This document shows positions 26,831 through 36,809 of a stretch of DNA of 64,000 nucleotides, in pieces. The position numbers were made by a program, and so were the translations under genes. Every line of letters begins with the position of its first letter. Position 1 is the stretch's first letter. The stretch lies in the IMG/VR virus record IMGVR_UViG_3300030202_003189, positions 1 through 64,000 of that record; one strand, 5' to 3'. Under the pieces are notes generated by a model, which was not told where the DNA came from, ran no database searches, and worked only from the letters and a program-made list of their open reading frames with translations.

Positions 26831-27208
26831 ATGTTCAAAACAGAGTCTAAAATATTAAAATGGATGGGTAACAAGTACATCAACGAGATTGTTACCAAAG
26901 ACCTTAACAAATTTCTTCAAGAGCTTGAGGAAGCACAGAATTCAATTTCAGTAAAACAAACTAAATCATTCGCAACTATCGACAAAGTAAAACTTGAGTC
27001 CAATGAGGAAGAACATTATTTAATTTTACGAGGTAATAAAGATCACAAAAGTAAACTTAAAGAAGTTGTGGAGATAATTGTTGCTCACTTAGAAAATGAG
27101 TTCAAGATACACACAAAATTTAATCTAAATGAAGTAAGATATGGTGGAAGAGGAGCTGCGGGTTGGGAACTTCATCGAGAATTTTCACTTTTACTTAAAG
27201 TAATCTAA
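26831..27208 (+). CDS. Hypothetical protein
   Basis: 125-aa ORF. Confidence 0.75.
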   Translation: MFKTESKILKWMGNKYINEIVTKDLNKFLQELEEAQNSISVKQTKSFATIDKVKLESNEEEHYLILRGNKDHKSKLKEVVEIIVAHLENEFKIHTKFNLNEVRYGGRGAAGWELHREFSLLLKVI

Positions 27209-27224
27209 TCATATTTATTATAGT

Positions 27225-27965
27225 ATGGATGATTTAATTAACAAAATAGTGGAGGAAACGATAGATAGTATGGTTTATAGGGAAAAACCTAAAAAGAAAC
27301 ATATTAAACGAATGGATAAGGATTTAGGTCCTCTAAAAGGTTTCCCAATAGAAAAATTTAAGAATGTATTCCCACCAAGTAACGAATCTAATGAGACTGA
27401 GGAAGAACTTAAAAAATTAGATGGTATTTTAATCGATGATAAATTTGTCGATAGTGCTGATGACATAGACAATCACTTCAAAAATTATTTGGAGTCAAAA
27501 GACTTAGAATTTCCTTTGGAAAAAATTAAGAAGTATATGCCAGGGGTTAGGTCAATAATTTTACAATTAAAATATCACTATAACCGTCCACGTCCAGGAC
27601 AAATTGCACAAGCAAAAGGAATGGATAAGTTTGACCCTGAATCATTAAAATCTGCGTCAACACCATCATACCCATCAGGACATGCAACGCAAGGTAGATT
27701 TATTGGTAAACTTTTAGGTGATATATATCCAGAACATAAAGAACAATTAATAAAAATAGGTGATGATATAGCCTATAGTAGAAATATGGCAAAGGTACAT
27801 TATCCAAGCGATACTAAATTTGGTAAAAAATTAGGTGATGAATTGTATGATTATATTTCTCCAGATAAAGGTAGGGTTAAAGAGGTTAAAAATAGATACG
27901 GTGTTGAATTAGACGAAATGTTTAATACAATATGTAAAATAATAGATGAAAGACAAAAAATATAA
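27225..27965 (+). CDS. PAP2/haloperoxidase-superfamily acid phosphatase with LxE leader
   Basis: KYHYNRPRP, SYPSGHA and SR..AKVHYPSD are the three PAP2 motifs. Confidence 0.9.
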   Translation: MDDLINKIVEETIDSMVYREKPKKKHIKRMDKDLGPLKGFPIEKFKNVFPPSNESNETEEELKKLDGILIDDKFVDSADDIDNHFKNYLESKDLEFPLEKIKKYMPGVRSIILQLKYHYNRPRPGQIAQAKGMDKFDPESLKSASTPSYPSGHATQGRFIGKLLGDIYPEHKEQLIKIGDDIAYSRNMAKVHYPSDTKFGKKLGDELYDYISPDKGRVKEVKNRYGVELDEMFNTICKIIDERQKI

Positions 27966-27967
27966 TT

Positions 27968-28126
27968 ATGGGGTGTGGATGTAAAAAGAAAGCTCAACAA
28001 AGAAAAGATAAAATAAGAGAGGAGAATCAAAATCCTGAACTAAGGAGACGTAGAGAAGAGCAGTTGGTAAAACTTAGGGAAAGTGTTAAATCTAAACTCA
28101 ACAACTTTAAGAGATTAAGTAGATAA
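27968..28126 (+). CDS. Small MGCGC-start coiled-coil protein (52 aa, not in ORF track)
   Basis: MGCGCKKKAQQRKDKIREE... Confidence 0.65.
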   Translation: MGCGCKKKAQQRKDKIREENQNPELRRRREEQLVKLRESVKSKLNNFKRLSR

Positions 28127-28164
28127 AATTTTTTTAATTACTTTATTTTTATTATCTTTGTAGT

Positions 28165-28320
28165 ATGAAAAATAAAACTACAAAAATTGTTTCTATAGGG
28201 TGGAAAGAACACGACAGATTCGTCGCAATGGGTAAACTAATTCAACAAAAGAAAGCTAAAAAATTATATTATTCTTGTGATAAGTTTTATTACGAAGTAG
28301 AAAGAGGTAATAAAGTTTAA
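28165..28320 (+). CDS. Small hypothetical protein (51 aa, not in ORF track)
   Basis: TATCTTTG-TAGT-ATG host-type promoter at 28153-28160. Confidence 0.65.
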   Translation: MKNKTTKIVSIGWKEHDRFVAMGKLIQQKKAKKLYYSCDKFYYEVERGNKV

Positions 28321-29264
28321 TGTACTTTAACCTCAACTTCACAGAATTGATTGAAGTAATCACCAAATATCCTATCATTATCCCCCCATATCTCTTCTAT
28401 AATATCAAATTCAGACGAATCATAAGACCTATAACTCTGTAATGGATAATCTTTCCTCCAAAATAAGTCACTACCTATTTCTAATCCCTCCCACAACATA
28501 GGGGACCGTTTACTAGAAGGACGAAACTCCACAAAAATATTCCAACAAGAGTACCCATGTTCTCCGTAAGACTCGGATTCATCCATTAAGAAATCATACC
28601 CAACTGGCATTATTCGATATTCAAAGTCAGTAATACGGTCTGAACCAGAACCATCATGAAACATATGTCCCCATTGTTGACCATCATCATAAGCTTGAGT
28701 TCCTTTAATGCCTCCTTCCCATTCTATTCTTAAAATAGGATAAATAATATCTAGAACATTATTAAAAGGAGTATCCATATTTTCCATTTCAATACCAACA
28801 AACTTTAATATCGTCCAATCAGCATCGCCAACCTTATCCCATTGTTTGAAAAGGACTTTTTTCATTTCAGGAGTAATCCACTTTTCAGAGTTGGGAATAT
28901 CCCCTAAACGAAGTTCTTGATGGGTACCAGCTTCGCTAATCAAATTTTCATTACCAATATCTTTAATAAATTCTATTATCTCTGTGTATGAATCTGAATT
29001 TCTTAGTTCTTCGAACCCACCGACATTTACCATAAGTTCATGTTGTTGAGAGGGAAATTTTGAAACTAGTTTATCTAAATATTCTATTTGTTCCGGGGTT
29101 GCTTTCCTCGCAAAATTTCGTACATCGTCTAACTCTATTTCTCCTAAGAAATGAACCAGAGTATAGAGAGAATTATCCAATTTTGTGGGTAAATCACGTG
29201 TTATGACATTACCGAAGTAACCTTCATGTTCCATAAGTAATTCTAGTATCCGTTTTTTCATCAC
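28317..29264 (-). CDS. LxE-punctuated hypothetical protein
   Basis: LLMEH and LISEA sites; LFKQWDKVG..LKFVGI shared with the 42564 polyprotein. Confidence 0.85.
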   Translation of the reverse strand: MMKKRILELLMEHEGYFGNVITRDLPTKLDNSLYTLVHFLGEIELDDVRNFARKATPEQIEYLDKLVSKFPSQQHELMVNVGGFEELRNSDSYTEIIEFIKDIGNENLISEAGTHQELRLGDIPNSEKWITPEMKKVLFKQWDKVGDADWTILKFVGIEMENMDTPFNNVLDIIYPILRIEWEGGIKGTQAYDDGQQWGHMFHDGSGSDRITDFEYRIMPVGYDFLMDESESYGEHGYSCWNIFVEFRPSSKRSPMLWEGLEIGSDLFWRKDYPLQSYRSYDSSEFDIIEEIWGDNDRIFGDYFNQFCEVEVKVH

Positions 29265-29290
29265 TAATAAATATCTCTAGGTATTTATAT

Positions 29291-30253
29291 GTGATGAAAC
29301 TAATGAACATTTATAAGGAACTAATTAAGGAGGAAACTGAAAAGGTAAAAGAAAAACCCGTATCCGATACCATAGATAAAGATATAGAAGTAAAAGAACC
29401 TAAAGAAAAAAAATTAGGAGAACCTATAACTAATGAATGGAGAAAAATGATAGACAAAGGTTTAAGTAGTTATGGTTGTAAATTTTTATTTAGTATTGCG
29501 AATAAACTAAAAGATAAATCAAGAAAAGGTAGTAGAGAAGAGGTAAGATACCAAGAAACAAGATTAAAATATTTAACTTCCCTTCCTAGTTTTGAAAAAT
29601 GTGGAGAGGAGAGAACTCAGGTAGTAAAACCTAAAGAGAAAAAACCTTCAGTTCAACAAAAACCAGAACCAACCCAACAAAAACCAACTTTAACAACTAC
29701 TCAAACTCAAGAACCAGAGTTAACAACTACACAAACTCAAGAACCTACAGAAGTTAGTGTTGAAACCACCTATGATAACCCTAAGGTGGTACCGTTTCCT
29801 CTTTATGGGTCAGAAAGTGAGATAACTGACATAGAAAATTTACAAACTGATGAATTTATAGATGACCTTGTTATTAACTTAGATTCGCAGATAATAAATC
29901 AAAAACCGGAAGTTCAAGAAAAATTAAAAGAATATAATTTAGACGCAGAGAAAATGTCTAAGTTAATACCTTTAACTAAAGAAACTAGAGATTTTATGAT
30001 GAAGTTGGATATGGAAGGGTTAAAATTACCTCATTTGATGGTATTATATGATAACATTCCTGAATTTTATGAAGCAATAAGAAATAACCTTGAAGTTGAT
30101 GTAAGTAAGTTATCTCCAGTAACGAAAGTTATGAATTATAATGAGTTTTGGGAATGGACAAGAAAACTCTGGGATAAGACCTCAGATTATTTAATAACTA
30201 AAGTATCTGGGACAATTCCAGAACTTGGAGAAGAGTTTACGGTTTTACCTTAA
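29291..30253 (+). CDS. LxE-leader protein with GCxFL domain and T/Q/E/P-rich linker
   Basis: LIKEE leader; YGCKFL...RLKYL. Confidence 0.85.
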   Translation: MMKLMNIYKELIKEETEKVKEKPVSDTIDKDIEVKEPKEKKLGEPITNEWRKMIDKGLSSYGCKFLFSIANKLKDKSRKGSREEVRYQETRLKYLTSLPSFEKCGEERTQVVKPKEKKPSVQQKPEPTQQKPTLTTTQTQEPELTTTQTQEPTEVSVETTYDNPKVVPFPLYGSESEITDIENLQTDEFIDDLVINLDSQIINQKPEVQEKLKEYNLDAEKMSKLIPLTKETRDFMMKLDMEGLKLPHLMVLYDNIPEFYEAIRNNLEVDVSKLSPVTKVMNYNEFWEWTRKLWDKTSDYLITKVSGTIPELGEEFTVLP

Positions 30254-30271
30254 ACTTTACGAAAACAATGA

Positions 30272-30279
30272 TATTTATA
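30272..30279 (+). promoter_or_regulatory. Putative phage late promoter TATTTATA
   Basis: TATTTATA-ATAT-ATG. Confidence 0.6.
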
Positions 30280-30283
30280 ATAT

Positions 30284-30643
30284 ATGAAAGCAAGAATTAT
30301 ACTAACCGAACAACAATTAAAAACTATTATTGCAGAACAAGCGGCCAATCCTGATTGTGTGGTTAACACCCAAGCAGAATCTTCAGTGGTCGCTAATCCT
30401 CAAATGGGAGACCCAGGAATAAATCAAAACTTTGTAAATAATATGCACGCTAAGCCAACTCAATTTTATAATGCAAGGATGAGTGCGATAACTCAGAAAC
30501 TATCTTCATTAAGAACTGATTATCCTTTAGGTCCTAATGGGTTTCAAGGATTTTGTCAAGGAGAGAATCCACTTTGGCAAGCAAAATTAAATAATAAATT
30601 GAATTACGTACAACAGTGTATGAATAACCCTGGTAGTTGCTAG
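30284..30643 (+). CDS. LxE-leader protein, divergent GCxFL-family member
   Basis: ARIILTEQQLKTIIAEQ leader; KLNYVQQC. Confidence 0.85.
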   Translation: MKARIILTEQQLKTIIAEQAANPDCVVNTQAESSVVANPQMGDPGINQNFVNNMHAKPTQFYNARMSAITQKLSSLRTDYPLGPNGFQGFCQGENPLWQAKLNNKLNYVQQCMNNPGSC

Positions 30644-30664
30644 GAAAATAATAAATTAAAAATT

Positions 30665-31363
30665 ATGAGAACAAGATCTGAAATAAAAAGAAATAACATT
30701 AGAAAAGCAAACCTAATGGTAGAGGCTAAACAAAGAACCAATAGAGGTAATATGAGTAGTAGTTTTGGTTTATTTAATGAACAATGTGTTACACCAAGAG
30801 ATACCGAGGGTGTTTATATGGGAGCACCAGAAGGTACAGAACCAATGATGGATATGCCGATGGGTAACGATATGATGGGAGGAGGAAGTCCTTGTCCTGA
30901 ATGTGGAGGATTACCATGTGGTTGTGGGGCTAATAATAGTCAAATGAACTCTTTATCAGCTGGGATGATGGGTGGTATGGAAGGAATAGACGATGATGAT
31001 ATGTTAATGGATGACCAAATGTTAATGATGTTTATGAATGAAGATGAAGGAATGAAACCAGACTTTATAGACTTAGATAAAGATGGTAATACTACAGAAC
31101 CAATGAAAACTGCCGCTAAAGATAAGATGGATGAAAAATGTGGAGGTGGTTATGGTAAAGATTTAGAAGAAGGTTGTGGTGGTTACGCATCGGACGATGA
31201 TGACTATGATGGTAGATATGATATGACAGAAAACTATAAAGCTGTTACTGCACAACCACTTACTGATTCATGGGGTAACAAATACAATCACATATTAAAT
31301 GAATCCACAAAGGTTAATGGAGCAAAATCTTTAATGCACAGAATGAAAAAGGTGATTAGATAA
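30665..31363 (+). CDS. Met/Asp/Gly-rich LxE protein with EF-hand-like loop
   Basis: DLDKDGNTTE; LFNEQ, FMNED and ILNES sites. Confidence 0.85.
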   Translation: MRTRSEIKRNNIRKANLMVEAKQRTNRGNMSSSFGLFNEQCVTPRDTEGVYMGAPEGTEPMMDMPMGNDMMGGGSPCPECGGLPCGCGANNSQMNSLSAGMMGGMEGIDDDDMLMDDQMLMMFMNEDEGMKPDFIDLDKDGNTTEPMKTAAKDKMDEKCGGGYGKDLEEGCGGYASDDDDYDGRYDMTENYKAVTAQPLTDSWGNKYNHILNESTKVNGAKSLMHRMKKVIR

Positions 31364-31365
31364 GG

Positions 31366-31983
31366 ATGAATAAAAAAATAATACTAAGAGAAGACCAATT
31401 AGAAGATTTAATCTCTAGTTTAGATGATTTCGAAAATGAGGAGGTTGATTCGGGAACACCTTGTAGGTGTAACGACTTTTCTTTAATTTATAATACCCCT
31501 AATTGTGAAGTGGGTTGTGAAGATCATGGAGGTCCAAAAATGGATGGTCTTGCTCCAATAACAGGTATGGGAGATGTTCAATATAGTTATGAACCAGGAG
31601 AGATTGCCTCATCCAACTCTAGTTCTTCATTCGGATATACTCCACTACAAGAAAGACAGAATAGAAGAAACATTAACAGATTCCTTAATGAACAAAGTAG
31701 TGGAACAACTGGAGGGTACGGATATGCAGTTTGTGCAAGTCCTTGTCTAAAGCATTGTGATGATTTACCTATACCACAATCATGGTACGATATGGTAGAC
31801 ACAAAAGGTTGTAACTTTGTTACTAATAGAATGAACAATATGCAACAAAGGATGGCGACTATGGAAACAGACCCTACGAATCCTCAGGGTGAACATTGTA
31901 ACTGTCAATACAAAAGACTAATGTGTAAAAAGCATTACCTTAAAGATAGAAAGATATCACTAGGTTGTCAAGGAACAACATAA
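31366..31983 (+). CDS. LxE-leader Cys-rich protein with GCxFL domain
   Basis: KIILREDQL leader; KGCNFV...KKHYL. Confidence 0.85.
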   Translation: MNKKIILREDQLEDLISSLDDFENEEVDSGTPCRCNDFSLIYNTPNCEVGCEDHGGPKMDGLAPITGMGDVQYSYEPGEIASSNSSSSFGYTPLQERQNRRNINRFLNEQSSGTTGGYGYAVCASPCLKHCDDLPIPQSWYDMVDTKGCNFVTNRMNNMQQRMATMETDPTNPQGEHCNCQYKRLMCKKHYLKDRKISLGCQGTT

Positions 31984-31984
31984 C

Positions 31985-32170
31985 CTACTCCTCTTCGTTA
32001 AAAAAATCTATATCAACCTCCCTTTGATAACATTCATCCTCGAGCGACTCCATTTGTTCCTGAAGAAAATCCATTAAATCTTTTACACAAGCAATATCTT
32101 CACACTCATCTCTAGTTTGTAAAATCATATTTTGCAATTCACTAAAGTCTACATTATTAACTCCAAACAT
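31985..32170 (-). CDS. Small acidic hypothetical protein
   Basis: 61 aa, fills the gap between convergent genes. Confidence 0.65.
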   Translation of the reverse strand: MFGVNNVDFSELQNMILQTRDECEDIACVKDLMDFLQEQMESLEDECYQREVDIDFFNEEE

Positions 32171-32297
32171 TCTTAAAATTTTTATTATTATTATTTTATA
32201 TGTATTAAATATGCTTTAGATTGTAAAAATTAATTTAACCATTAAAAAAGACTCATTAGTAATCATTTTATTTTTGTTTGATATTTATTTATAAGAT

Positions 32298-32558
32298 ATG
32301 AAAAAACGACGAGTAAATACCAAACTTAAATTGATGTCCATCATTACTGAGAGGATAAGTGACTTTGTGTGTTCAGAAGACGAAGACGCCTTTTTTGGTG
32401 ATGGGGGTGAGAGAGTTAATCAGAAGTTAACAAAGGAAGAATTACAAGAAAGAGTAGAAGAAATAAACATAAATGAGGAAGTTGGATTTGTTAAGGTAAG
32501 GGAAATGAGAAAAATAATTAAACAGTTAATTAAAAAGGGTATAGATGAAGAATATTAA
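32298..32558 (+). CDS. Hypothetical protein (IITE motif)
   Basis: TATTTATA at 32286. Confidence 0.75.
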   Translation: MKKRRVNTKLKLMSIITERISDFVCSEDEDAFFGDGGERVNQKLTKEELQERVEEININEEVGFVKVREMRKIIKQLIKKGIDEEY

Positions 32559-33009
32559 TGAAGAAGTAAAAAGAATGAGGGAATTAATGGGTTTGAATGA
32601 AAATATCCAACATAATAATTTTGCTCAAATGGGGTTAACAAGAAAAACGATTAGTCGTGGTGGAGTGATGTACCAAGAACAAGATATGGTTGACGGTGTT
32701 GATACTTCAGAGGAACCGGAATCTGAATTCGATAAAGAGGTTGAAGCAAGAAAAGATGCTTTTGAAAAAGATGTAATGGACTATAGACAGGAAGTTTCTG
32801 ATAAAATAGAAGATGTGGAAAGTGAAGAAGAAAAGAGACAGGAAGATATAGTAGCCCAAAAAGAGAAAACAGAGGAGGAAAAGAAGAAAAAGGAGGAAGA
32901 GGAACTAGAAAAAAAGGAAGAAGAGAAAAGAAAAAAAGAAGAAGAAGAGTTACGAAAAAAGGAGGAATTAGAAGCTAGGTTAGCTGCTCAGAGAGAAAGA
33001 ACCAAATAA
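32545..33009 (+). CDS. INEEVKRMRELMG-leader protein with E/K coiled coil
   Basis: Leader motif plus EEEKKK-type charged tail. Confidence 0.85.
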   Translation: MKNINEEVKRMRELMGLNENIQHNNFAQMGLTRKTISRGGVMYQEQDMVDGVDTSEEPESEFDKEVEARKDAFEKDVMDYRQEVSDKIEDVESEEEKRQEDIVAQKEKTEEEKKKKEEEELEKKEEEKRKKEEEELRKKEELEARLAAQRERTK

Positions 33010-33020
33010 AAAACAAATCT

Positions 33021-36000
33021 ATGAAAAAATTATTTACATCACTTTTAATATTTTTAACCCTATCCACCAGCGCTCAAAACAGCTGGATTAACATCCAATT
33101 ATTAACAGATAATTACCCAACAGAAACGTCTTGGAACATCACCCCTCCAGGAGGTTATCCTATTATTATTCAAAATGATTCAGCAATGTTACCTAATACC
33201 TTGTATGATACTACTATTGCCATTCAAGGTACAATTGTCGCATCTATTTTTGACCAATATGGTGATGGGTTAAGTGCTTCACAGTGGGGAGGTACTGATG
33301 GTTGGTTTCTTATACAAAATGATTGTCAAGATACAATTATGTATGTAGCGGGTAATTTTGGTGATACTTTAGTTAATACACTACAAATTGCTCCATGCGC
33401 ACCTCCTTCTGGTGGTTGTTTAGATTCATTAGCGACCAATTATGATCCAACAGCTGCTTTTGATGATGGTTCATGTATCTACCCTCCCTGTGCTGGTTTA
33501 GATACATTTTATGTTATAAATTATTGTCAAGGGGCACAAAATAAAGTTCATTATAAATGGTCAAATATGGCTAACCCTAATTGTAGGATGGCCGCGTATA
33601 CGAGGTCCACAGACCCTTATTCTTTAGGGTCACAATGGTACCCTTACCCAGGAAATTTTTCAAATACAGGAATATTATTTAGTAATAGTCAAAACAACAC
33701 AACATATTATTTCTTAGGTATGTTAGCAGATTCTTCTTATACCGATACATTAGTAGTTACAACACAAGAATGTATTCCAGGTTGTACCGACCCAACGGCA
33801 CTAAATTACAATCCTTGGGCAAATTCAGATGATGGTACATGTCAAGCACCACCTGCAAATTGTATAACTGGAGAATCTAATATAGTAGTAACAGTAATGC
33901 CAGACACATACCCAGGGGAGACATCTTGGGAAATAGCAGATACAACCGGAACTGTATTAGCCACATCACCAGCTTACTCTACACCAGGTGTTCCTGTAAT
34001 TACAGAAGTATGTATACCAAACGGTACGGTTATTGAATTTACCTTGTTTGACTCATTCGGTGATGGTTTATGTGGTTCATGTTATGGAGGAGCTGATGGA
34101 GGAGCAGTAGTACAGACCCTTTGTGGTGATACTATATTAGCTATATTACCTGGGAATGCTAATTTTGGAAATGATACTTCTGTAGTATACACAGTGGCTC
34201 CTTGTACACCAAATGCTATATTAGGATGTACAACACCAGGATTTACAGAATATAATCCACAAGCAACAGTAGATGACTCATCTTGTGTAACACCAGTCAT
34301 ATTAGGATGTACTGATATAACTTCACCAGATTACGATTCATTAGCTAACACAATGTCAGTAATACCACAATGTCAATATACATTAGTAATTACGGATGAA
34401 GCCGAAGATGGATGGTTTGGGGCGTGGGTAGGTATATTACAAGACACAACAATATTAGGTCCATTTATGATGGGTCCTCAAGATGGTTATTCAGAAACAT
34501 TTACAATTAGTTTAAGTGCTTTAAGTCCAGTAGAGTTAATGTTCTTTGCACCAGGTAATTCAGCTACCACAGCAAATCAATGTGGTTTCTTTTTAATAGG
34601 TCCTGAAGGGGACACTACCCTATCAGGAGGGACTAATCCTTGGACTGACCCAATGTTACAATTTCCTTATAGATATAATGGGGTACCTTACTGTGGTGAC
34701 TTTTGTACAGATGGTGTTCTTGGTTGTATGGACCCAACAGCCTTAAATTATAATCCATTGGCAAATATGCCTGACAATTGTACACCAGTTGTATTAGGTT
34801 GTACAAATAATTTAGCTTTTAATTATAACCCTTTAGCAAATACAGATGATAGTTCCTGTGTATCAATTATAATTGGATGTATGGACACCACAGCATTCAA
34901 CTTTAACCCAACAGCTAATACAAACGACCCATCTTCATGTATATCAGTAATATTAGGTTGTATGGATGATACAATGTTTAACTACAACGCTGCGGCTAAC
35001 ACCGACGATGGTAGTTGTATACCAGTAGTGTTTGGTTGTACAGATCCATTAGCATTTAACTATGATAGTTTATCTAACACAAATAATGGTACATGTACAC
35101 CAGTCATATTAGGGTGTACGGATGCAACTGCTTTTAATTACAACCCTAACGCAAATACTAATGATTTATCTTGTGTGGCTGTTGTTATTGGTTGTACCGA
35201 TGCGTCGGCTCTTAATTATGATTCATTGGCGAACACAAATAACGGATGTATATACCCAATTTTAGGTTGTACCGACCCTACCGCATTTAATTATAACCCC
35301 AACGCAAATACTAGTGATAGTACGTGTATACCAGTTATTATCGGTTGTACTGACGCAACCGCGTTAAATTATGACTCAACAGCAAATACAAACAACGGTT
35401 GTGTTTATCCTATCTTAGGATGTACCGATGCCACTGCGTTTAATTATAATCCTAACGCAAATGTTAATGATTCTACCTGTGTCCCATTTATATATGGGTG
35501 TACAGATAACACGATGTTTAACTATGACCCAACCGCGAACACAGACAATGGTTCTTGTATAGCGTTTGTTTACGGATGTACGGATAGTACAATGTTTAAC
35601 TATGACCCATTAGCAAATACTAACAATAACACATGTGTACCATTCATCTATGGTTGTACCGACTCCATAGCTTTTAACTATAACCCAGCGGCTAATACGG
35701 ATAATAATACGTGTATTCCAGTATTATCAGGTTGTACCGACTCAATAGCGTTAAATTACAATCCATTGGCTAATACAGACAATGGTAGTTGTATTATACC
35801 ATTATACGGGTGTACAGACTCGACAGCCTTAAATTATAATTCACTCGCAAATACTGATGATGGATCATGTATTTTACCAATTTACGGATGTACGGATAGT
35901 ACAATGTTTAACTATAATCCATTGGCAAATACAAATGATGGTAGTTGTATATCCTTTATTTACGGTTGTACCGACCCAACAATGTTTAACTACGACCCTA

Positions 36001-36809
36001 GTGCAAACTCTGACGATGGGACCTGTATCCAATTTATATATGGATGTACTGATAACACAATGTTTAACTATGACCCAACAGCAAATACCGATAATGGTTC
36101 ATGTGAGCCTTTTATTTATGGATGTACTGATAGTACAATGTTTAATTATGACCCAACAGCAAATACAGATAACGGATCTTGTATATCATTTATTTATGGA
36201 TGTACCGATAATGCGGCACTTAACTTTAATCCTTTAGCGAACACATTAGATAATACGTGTTGTTACATAGGAGGATGTACTGATTCATTGGCAGTAAACT
36301 ATAACCCTAATGCTTGTAATGATGACGGTTCATGTATAACACCAATAGTTGGTTGTACGGATGTTGCGGCTTACAATTATAATCCATTAGCAAATGTATC
36401 AGATTCTGCATCTTGTTTGTATAATGCAGGATGTTATGGAGGACCTGGAATTCCTTATTGGTTAAATGATGGGTGTTACGCTTGGGTAATAAGTGTAGAT
36501 GACTATTGTTGTACTACCGATTGGGATGCGTCATGTATATCAATGTATGATTATTGTCAACAAGGGTGGCCTACTTCAATTGAGGACATATCGGCTCTAG
36601 GGATTGTAGTATACCCTAATCCAACAACAGATATAATAACAATAGAAACAAGGTTAGATATAGAAGTTGAGGTTTACGACATTATGGGTAAACTACTAGT
36701 AAATAAAGATTCTAAACGAGTTGATTTATCAGATTATCCAAATGGGGTCTATAATCTAATAATTAAACATAACGATAAACGATATACAACAAGAGTGATT
36801 AAACAATGA
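33021..36809 (+). CDS. T9SS (type A CTD) substrate with about 26 GCTD repeats
   Basis: Signal peptide ending TSA-Q; three D.YP.ETSW-type domains; C-terminal VYPNP..YDIMGKLL..DLSDYPNGVY..RVIKQ sorting domain. Confidence 0.92.
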   Translation: MKKLFTSLLIFLTLSTSAQNSWINIQLLTDNYPTETSWNITPPGGYPIIIQNDSAMLPNTLYDTTIAIQGTIVASIFDQYGDGLSASQWGGTDGWFLIQNDCQDTIMYVAGNFGDTLVNTLQIAPCAPPSGGCLDSLATNYDPTAAFDDGSCIYPPCAGLDTFYVINYCQGAQNKVHYKWSNMANPNCRMAAYTRSTDPYSLGSQWYPYPGNFSNTGILFSNSQNNTTYYFLGMLADSSYTDTLVVTTQECIPGCTDPTALNYNPWANSDDGTCQAPPANCITGESNIVVTVMPDTYPGETSWEIADTTGTVLATSPAYSTPGVPVITEVCIPNGTVIEFTLFDSFGDGLCGSCYGGADGGAVVQTLCGDTILAILPGNANFGNDTSVVYTVAPCTPNAILGCTTPGFTEYNPQATVDDSSCVTPVILGCTDITSPDYDSLANTMSVIPQCQYTLVITDEAEDGWFGAWVGILQDTTILGPFMMGPQDGYSETFTISLSALSPVELMFFAPGNSATTANQCGFFLIGPEGDTTLSGGTNPWTDPMLQFPYRYNGVPYCGDFCTDGVLGCMDPTALNYNPLANMPDNCTPVVLGCTNNLAFNYNPLANTDDSSCVSIIIGCMDTTAFNFNPTANTNDPSSCISVILGCMDDTMFNYNAAANTDDGSCIPVVFGCTDPLAFNYDSLSNTNNGTCTPVILGCTDATAFNYNPNANTNDLSCVAVVIGCTDASALNYDSLANTNNGCIYPILGCTDPTAFNYNPNANTSDSTCIPVIIGCTDATALNYDSTANTNNGCVYPILGCTDATAFNYNPNANVNDSTCVPFIYGCTDNTMFNYDPTANTDNGSCIAFVYGCTDSTMFNYDPLANTNNNTCVPFIYGCTDSIAFNYNPAANTDNNTCIPVLSGCTDSIALNYNPLANTDNGSCIIPLYGCTDSTALNYNSLANTDDGSCILPIYGCTDSTMFNYNPLANTNDGSCISFIYGCTDPTMFNYDPSANSDDGTCIQFIYGCTDNTMFNYDPTANTDNGSCEPFIYGCTDSTMFNYDPTANTDNGSCISFIYGCTDNAALNFNPLANTLDNTCCYIGGCTDSLAVNYNPNACNDDGSCITPIVGCTDVAAYNYNPLANVSDSASCLYNAGCYGGPGIPYWLNDGCYAWVISVDDYCCTTDWDASCISMYDYCQQGWPTSIEDISALGIVVYPNPTTDIITIETRLDIEVEVYDIMGKLLVNKDSKRVDLSDYPNGVYNLIIKHNDKRYTTRVIKQ
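33415..36416 (+). repeat. GCTD coding repeat array
   Basis: About 26 units counted; dense tandem array from about 34720 to 36416. Confidence 0.9.

Noticed and set aside
18010-36416. GCTD arrays as diversity-generating retroelement template/variable repeats
   Set aside because: No reverse transcriptase in the window; repeats are in-frame coding units whose differences are not confined to adenines
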